The translations under genes and the position numbers were made by a program. Below the pieces are notes generated by a model. That model was given only the letters and a program-made list of their open reading frames with translations, did no database searches and had not been told where the DNA came from. Shown piece by piece: positions 60,243 through 64,000 of a stretch of DNA of 64,000 nt (the stretch's first letter is position 1; the number at the start of each line of letters is the position of its first letter). Source of the DNA: Gammaproteobacteria bacterium (lineage in GTDB: Bacteria > Pseudomonadota > Gammaproteobacteria > SZUA-229); NCBI GenBank assembly GCA_015488885.1, contig WFMW01000020.1:221-64220 (forward strand). The letters are read 5' to 3'.

Positions 60243-61749
60243 GCTGCCCTCCGCATTGTATTCGGTTCAGTCCGTGGTTCAGCTGGAACAACGGGCGATT
60301 CACGATTATGCTATTGCCGGTTATACCCTGATGCGTCGTGCCGGGCAGGCAGTATTTACTTTACTCCAGCAGCATTTTTCCATGGATAACAAAATTCTTG
60401 TGTTGTGTGGGGCAGGCAATAATGCCGGTGATGGTTATGTGGTTGCCCGTCTTGCACAGCAGGCAGGTTATGCCGTTCAGGTCGTTAGCCTGGTTGCTAC
60501 GGCAAAGCTCAATGGCGATGCCCGTCAGGCCTGTGAACACTGGCTGGAATGTGGTGACATTCAGACTGTCAGTGATAATAACAGGCCGTTACCACAGGCC
60601 GACGTGATCATTGATGCTCTGTTGGGAACCGGGCTGGCGCGGACGGTGTCCGCGAAGTGGGCAGCGCTTATTGAGCGGGTAAATCAGAGCACCGCTGCGG
60701 TAATAGCGGTCGATATCCCATCCGGCCTGTTTGCCGATAGTGGCGCCATCGCCGGTATCGCAGTACGTGCCGATTACACAGTAACTTTTATTGGCCTTAA
60801 AATCGGTCTGTTTACCGGCAGTGGGCGTGCCTGTGCCGGTGACATCCATTTCGATGCTTTACAACTGCCCGCAGATATCTATCACCACAGTCAAATAGAT
60901 GTGCAACTGTTAAACAGCCTTGATCCACCGCTCTTGCCGACACGACCTGCTGATGCCTACAAAAATCAGTCTGGCCATGTGCTGATTGTCGGTGGCAATA
61001 CTGCCATGGCCGGGGCGGTAATACTGGCGGGCAGGGCAGCATTGTGTTCGGGTGCCGGGCTGGTCACGATTTTTACCCGTTCAGCAAATCGCACTGCCAT
61101 CAATAGCAACTGCCCGGAACTCATGGTAGTGGGCAGTGAAGATATGTCGACAGATGAAACCGGATTGGCACCACTAATACCGGAATCTTTACTAGCGCGA
61201 ATCACGCATATTGCCATTGGTCCCGGTCTGGGCAGGGACGACTGGGCGCAACAGTGTTTGCAGCAATGTTTGCAGGCAGATAAACCTGTGGTTATTGATG
61301 CCGATGCCTTGCATTTACTTGCTGAATATAAGGCAGGTATGCCTGCTCATCTGGTGTTGACTCCGCATCCCGGTGAAGCCGCACATTTACTGCATAGCCA
61401 GACGCAGTCAGTTAATGCCGACCGTGTGAACGCAATTAAAAGGCTTTATCAGCAGTATCTGGCATCGGTGGATGAGGCGGCGGTGATTTTAAAAGGCTCG
61501 GGCACTATGATTTATAATGGTAAGCGCCTGGCTATCTGTCCGTGGGGCAATCCGGCCATGGCCACGGCGGGCATGGGGGATGTGTTAACCGGTGTGGTGG
61601 TTGCCATGCTGGCGCAGGGTTTGCCACCGGCCAAAGCTGCCGAGCTGGCTGTTGTCGCGCATGCCATGGCCGGGGATAAAGCCGCGGAGCATCAGTCACG
61701 CGGTGTGCTGGCCAGTGATGTTATTGCGGCGTTGGCACCATTTCTATAA
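60235..61749 (+). CDS. nnr: bifunctional NAD(P)H-hydrate epimerase / ADP-dependent dehydratase (YjeF)
   Basis: N-terminal YjeF_N (VLVLCGAGNNAGDGYV) and C-terminal carbohydrate-kinase-like domain (GPGLG…). Followed by tsaE, as in the yjeF-yjeE-amiB cluster. Confidence 0.88.
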   Translation: MNKLPSALYSVQSVVQLEQRAIHDYAIAGYTLMRRAGQAVFTLLQQHFSMDNKILVLCGAGNNAGDGYVVARLAQQAGYAVQVVSLVATAKLNGDARQACEHWLECGDIQTVSDNNRPLPQADVIIDALLGTGLARTVSAKWAALIERVNQSTAAVIAVDIPSGLFADSGAIAGIAVRADYTVTFIGLKIGLFTGSGRACAGDIHFDALQLPADIYHHSQIDVQLLNSLDPPLLPTRPADAYKNQSGHVLIVGGNTAMAGAVILAGRAALCSGAGLVTIFTRSANRTAINSNCPELMVVGSEDMSTDETGLAPLIPESLLARITHIAIGPGLGRDDWAQQCLQQCLQADKPVVIDADALHLLAEYKAGMPAHLVLTPHPGEAAHLLHSQTQSVNADRVNAIKRLYQQYLASVDEAAVILKGSGTMIYNGKRLAICPWGNPAMATAGMGDVLTGVVVAMLAQGLPPAKAAELAVVAHAMAGDKAAEHQSRGVLASDVIAALAPFL

Positions 61750-61768
61750 GTGATATCTCAATACCACA

Positions 61769-62257
61769 TTGATGAAAAACGCCATACACACAGCTCAACA
61801 ATCTATTATTCTGGAATCTGAAGCCGCACAACTTGCCTTTGCTGCCAGGGTGGCAGCGGCACTCAACGGGGCTTTTATCTTTTTACTCAGTGGCAATCTG
61901 GGTACGGGAAAAACCAGTTTTGCGCGTGGTTTTATTCATGCCAGTGGTTTTGACGGGGTGGTAAAAAGCCCAACCTACACACTGGTAGAAGCCTACCCGA
62001 TTTCACATCGGCGCAAGGCTTATCATTTTGATCTGTATCGGCTGGCAGATGCCGAGGAACTGGCCTATATCGGCGCGCGAGACTATTTTAATGACACCGA
62101 TGTCTGCCTGATTGAGTGGCCGGAAAAAGCCGCGGAATTTTTACCACCGGCAGACTGGTTGTGTGAATTTGCCTACCATTCATGCGGTAGAAAGATAAAA
62201 ATTTCGGCTTTAAGCGATAAAGGTAAGGACTTGATGTTACTGGTGTTTTGTGATTAA
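61769..62257 (+). CDS. tsaE: tRNA threonylcarbamoyladenosine biosynthesis protein TsaE
   Basis: 162 aa with a Walker A motif (GNLGTGKTSF) and YjeE family features. Confidence 0.85.
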   Translation: MMKNAIHTAQQSIILESEAAQLAFAARVAAALNGAFIFLLSGNLGTGKTSFARGFIHASGFDGVVKSPTYTLVEAYPISHRRKAYHFDLYRLADAEELAYIGARDYFNDTDVCLIEWPEKAAEFLPPADWLCEFAYHSCGRKIKISALSDKGKDLMLLVFCD

Positions 62258-62392
62258 TTACTATAGAAACATACTGTATGTGTATAAAATTATTAAAAAA
62301 ATACTTGCAAAATCCCCAGAATTTGCCAAACTAAACATTAAGGGCAGGGTTGCAGATAATAATTTTAACCAAAGGTGGAATAATCGCGTTCC

Positions 62393-63595
62393 TTGAAGAT
62401 GGAAAATAATCGTCGAAAATTTCTGAAAGGTCTTGCTGGCATAAGTGGTCTGGCAAGTGCTGGCCTGCCTGCTATCGCTTTAGCAAAAACATCGACTGCA
62501 CGCATTAAAGATATCCGTCTGGCGAAAATGAAAACCTATGTTCGACTGGTTTTTGAACTGGATAAAGTTGTTGATCATTCCATCTTTACCTTACATAACC
62601 CCGAACGTGTGGTACTCGATTTAAAAAAAGTGACCATGTCTCATGGCATGGTTGACCGTTTACAGGCAAATTCGTTAATTCGGGATATCCGTAGTGGGGT
62701 ACGCCATAAACATGATCTACGTATTGTCTTCGATTTAAGCGAACAGGTTAGCCCACGTAGTTTTCTGCTAGGTCCTTCAGCCAAATCTGGTCATCGTCTG
62801 GTGCTGGACTTGCACCCGGCCACACAGCATGCCCAGCTTAAAAAATCGACCCAACGTGATGTTATTGTTGCCATTGATGCAGGCCATGGTGGTAAGGATC
62901 CCGGTGCGACCGGCCATCATGGTACCCATGAAAAACAGGTAACGTTGCAAATCGCCAAACGTCTGCAAACAACCATTAATGCACAACGTGGTATGCGTGC
63001 AGTTTTAATTCGTAAAAATGACCGTTTTTTGCACTTGCGTGAACGTATTCATAAGGCCAGAGAGCTACAGGCTGATATGATGATTTCCATTCATGCCGAT
63101 GCTTTTCCTGATCCCCGGGCACGTGGTTCATCTATTTACGCGCTGTCACTGGATGGTGCCTCATCCGAAACAGCACACTTGCTGGCCGATAATGAAAACG
63201 CCTCGGATTTATTGTTTGGTGATGTCAAACTGAGCGCGAATGACAAGATGGTGAAGGAAGTTTTATTTGATCTGTCACTGACCGGTACCATTGAATCGAG
63301 TCTGGATATTGGTGGTGAAATTATCAAACAGATCAGAAGTGTCAATCGTGTGCATAAGAAGCGGGTTCAGCAGGCAGGTTTTGCTGTATTAAAAGCACCC
63401 AATATTCCTTCTGTTTTACTGGAAACAGCTTTTATCTCCAATCCAAGAGAAGAAAAAAAGCTGCGGAATATCGCCTTTCAGAAAAAAGTAGCAAAAGCCA
63501 TTACCAGGGGCGTTAATCACTATTTTGCCAGAAAAGCGCCACCGGGAACCTGGCTATCTGCGCTGGCTGAACAACGCAAACAAAAACGCGGTTAA
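62393..63595 (+). CDS. N-acetylmuramoyl-L-alanine amidase (AmiB/AmiC family, Tat signal)
   Basis: Twin-arginine motif (NRRKFLKG), AMIN-like N-domain and Amidase_3 catalytic domain (IDAGHGGKDPGA…SIHADA). Confidence 0.85.
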   Translation: MKMENNRRKFLKGLAGISGLASAGLPAIALAKTSTARIKDIRLAKMKTYVRLVFELDKVVDHSIFTLHNPERVVLDLKKVTMSHGMVDRLQANSLIRDIRSGVRHKHDLRIVFDLSEQVSPRSFLLGPSAKSGHRLVLDLHPATQHAQLKKSTQRDVIVAIDAGHGGKDPGATGHHGTHEKQVTLQIAKRLQTTINAQRGMRAVLIRKNDRFLHLRERIHKARELQADMMISIHADAFPDPRARGSSIYALSLDGASSETAHLLADNENASDLLFGDVKLSANDKMVKEVLFDLSLTGTIESSLDIGGEIIKQIRSVNRVHKKRVQQAGFAVLKAPNIPSVLLETAFISNPREEKKLRNIAFQKKVAKAITRGVNHYFARKAPPGTWLSALAEQRKQKRG

Positions 63596-63747
63596 TGAAT
63601 AGCGCTTAGCTTAAATAAATTCCAGTGGGTTAATTAAAAATACAATAACAATAATAATGAAACTCACGGATTATTACCCATGGCCCTTAAACGGGCCATT
63701 TTTTTCATAATGCAAAGGTCTCAGTATATACATCAGGCGAGAAGAAT

Positions 63748-63969
63748 ATGGCAAATCAATTAACCGCAAACCCGTCATTGCTTATCTGGGGGATGATATT
63801 TGGCGCTATCGGTCTTGGTTTTTTTATTTATGGCAAACGGCAACGTGCTGCTATCCCTCTGGTTGTTGGCATTGCATTATCGGTATTTCCGTTTTTTATA
63901 ACCAATGTTTATCTGCTGGTTCTTGTCGGTATATTACTGGTAATAGTGCCTTATTTTATCAGACTATAG
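63748..63969 (+). CDS. small two-TM membrane protein, hypothetical
   Basis: 73-aa hydrophobic ORF with no recognisable motif. Confidence 0.3.
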   Translation: MANQLTANPSLLIWGMIFGAIGLGFFIYGKRQRAAIPLVVGIALSVFPFFITNVYLLVLVGILLVIVPYFIRL

Positions 63970-64000
63970 TAAGATGAGTTGTTAAGGGATACGTCTGCTT

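Overview
This window reads as a gammaproteobacterial chromosomal segment. A conserved housekeeping backbone is interrupted by several accessory or unusual loci.

Backbone genes: pheT-ihfA-MerR-like, tRNA-Pro on the minus strand, pepN, DAHP synthase, the purN-purM / DUF2066-hda divergent cluster, acnB, crcB-DUF190, serS, roxA, nnr, tsaE and an Ami amidase.

The genome is signalling-heavy. It carries a REC-GGDEF-EAL protein and a 1642-aa all-in-one hybrid kinase / Hpt / REC / PAS / GGDEF / EAL protein coupled to an HDOD protein. It also has a 7TMR-DISM kinase with a NarL-type regulator, a stand-alone EAL protein, and PEP-CTERM substrates.

The most unusual block is a four-gene locus at about 23.5-33.3 kb encoding signal-peptide proteins built from DUF11 / CnaB-like (TIGR01451 'conserved repeat') domains. 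They share a conserved mature N-terminus. The locus ends in a 2044-aa giant with an embedded OmpA-like peptidoglycan-binding domain, perfect 18-bp in-frame tandem repeats (GEPNYK x5) and a roughly 1000-aa beta-rich C-terminal half. I could not assign this arrangement to any described secretion or pilus system.

Directly downstream lies a tight qmoA-qmoB-hdrC-hdrB-type operon. It encodes two HdrA-like flavoproteins (the second fused to an MvhD-like domain), plus HdrC and HdrB, with no adjacent aprBA, sat or qmoC.

Further on are several other notable features. One is a B12-binding radical SAM (DUF4080) gene convergent with an FAD-oxidoreductase::SelD fusion. Another is a decayed mobile or defence remnant holding a KilA-N pseudogene, an orphan hsdR C-terminal fragment and a vapBC pair. 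The last is a secreted ORF disrupted by two nonsense codons beside the PEP-CTERM genes.

All calls rest on reading the translated ORFs and the DNA directly. No database search was run.
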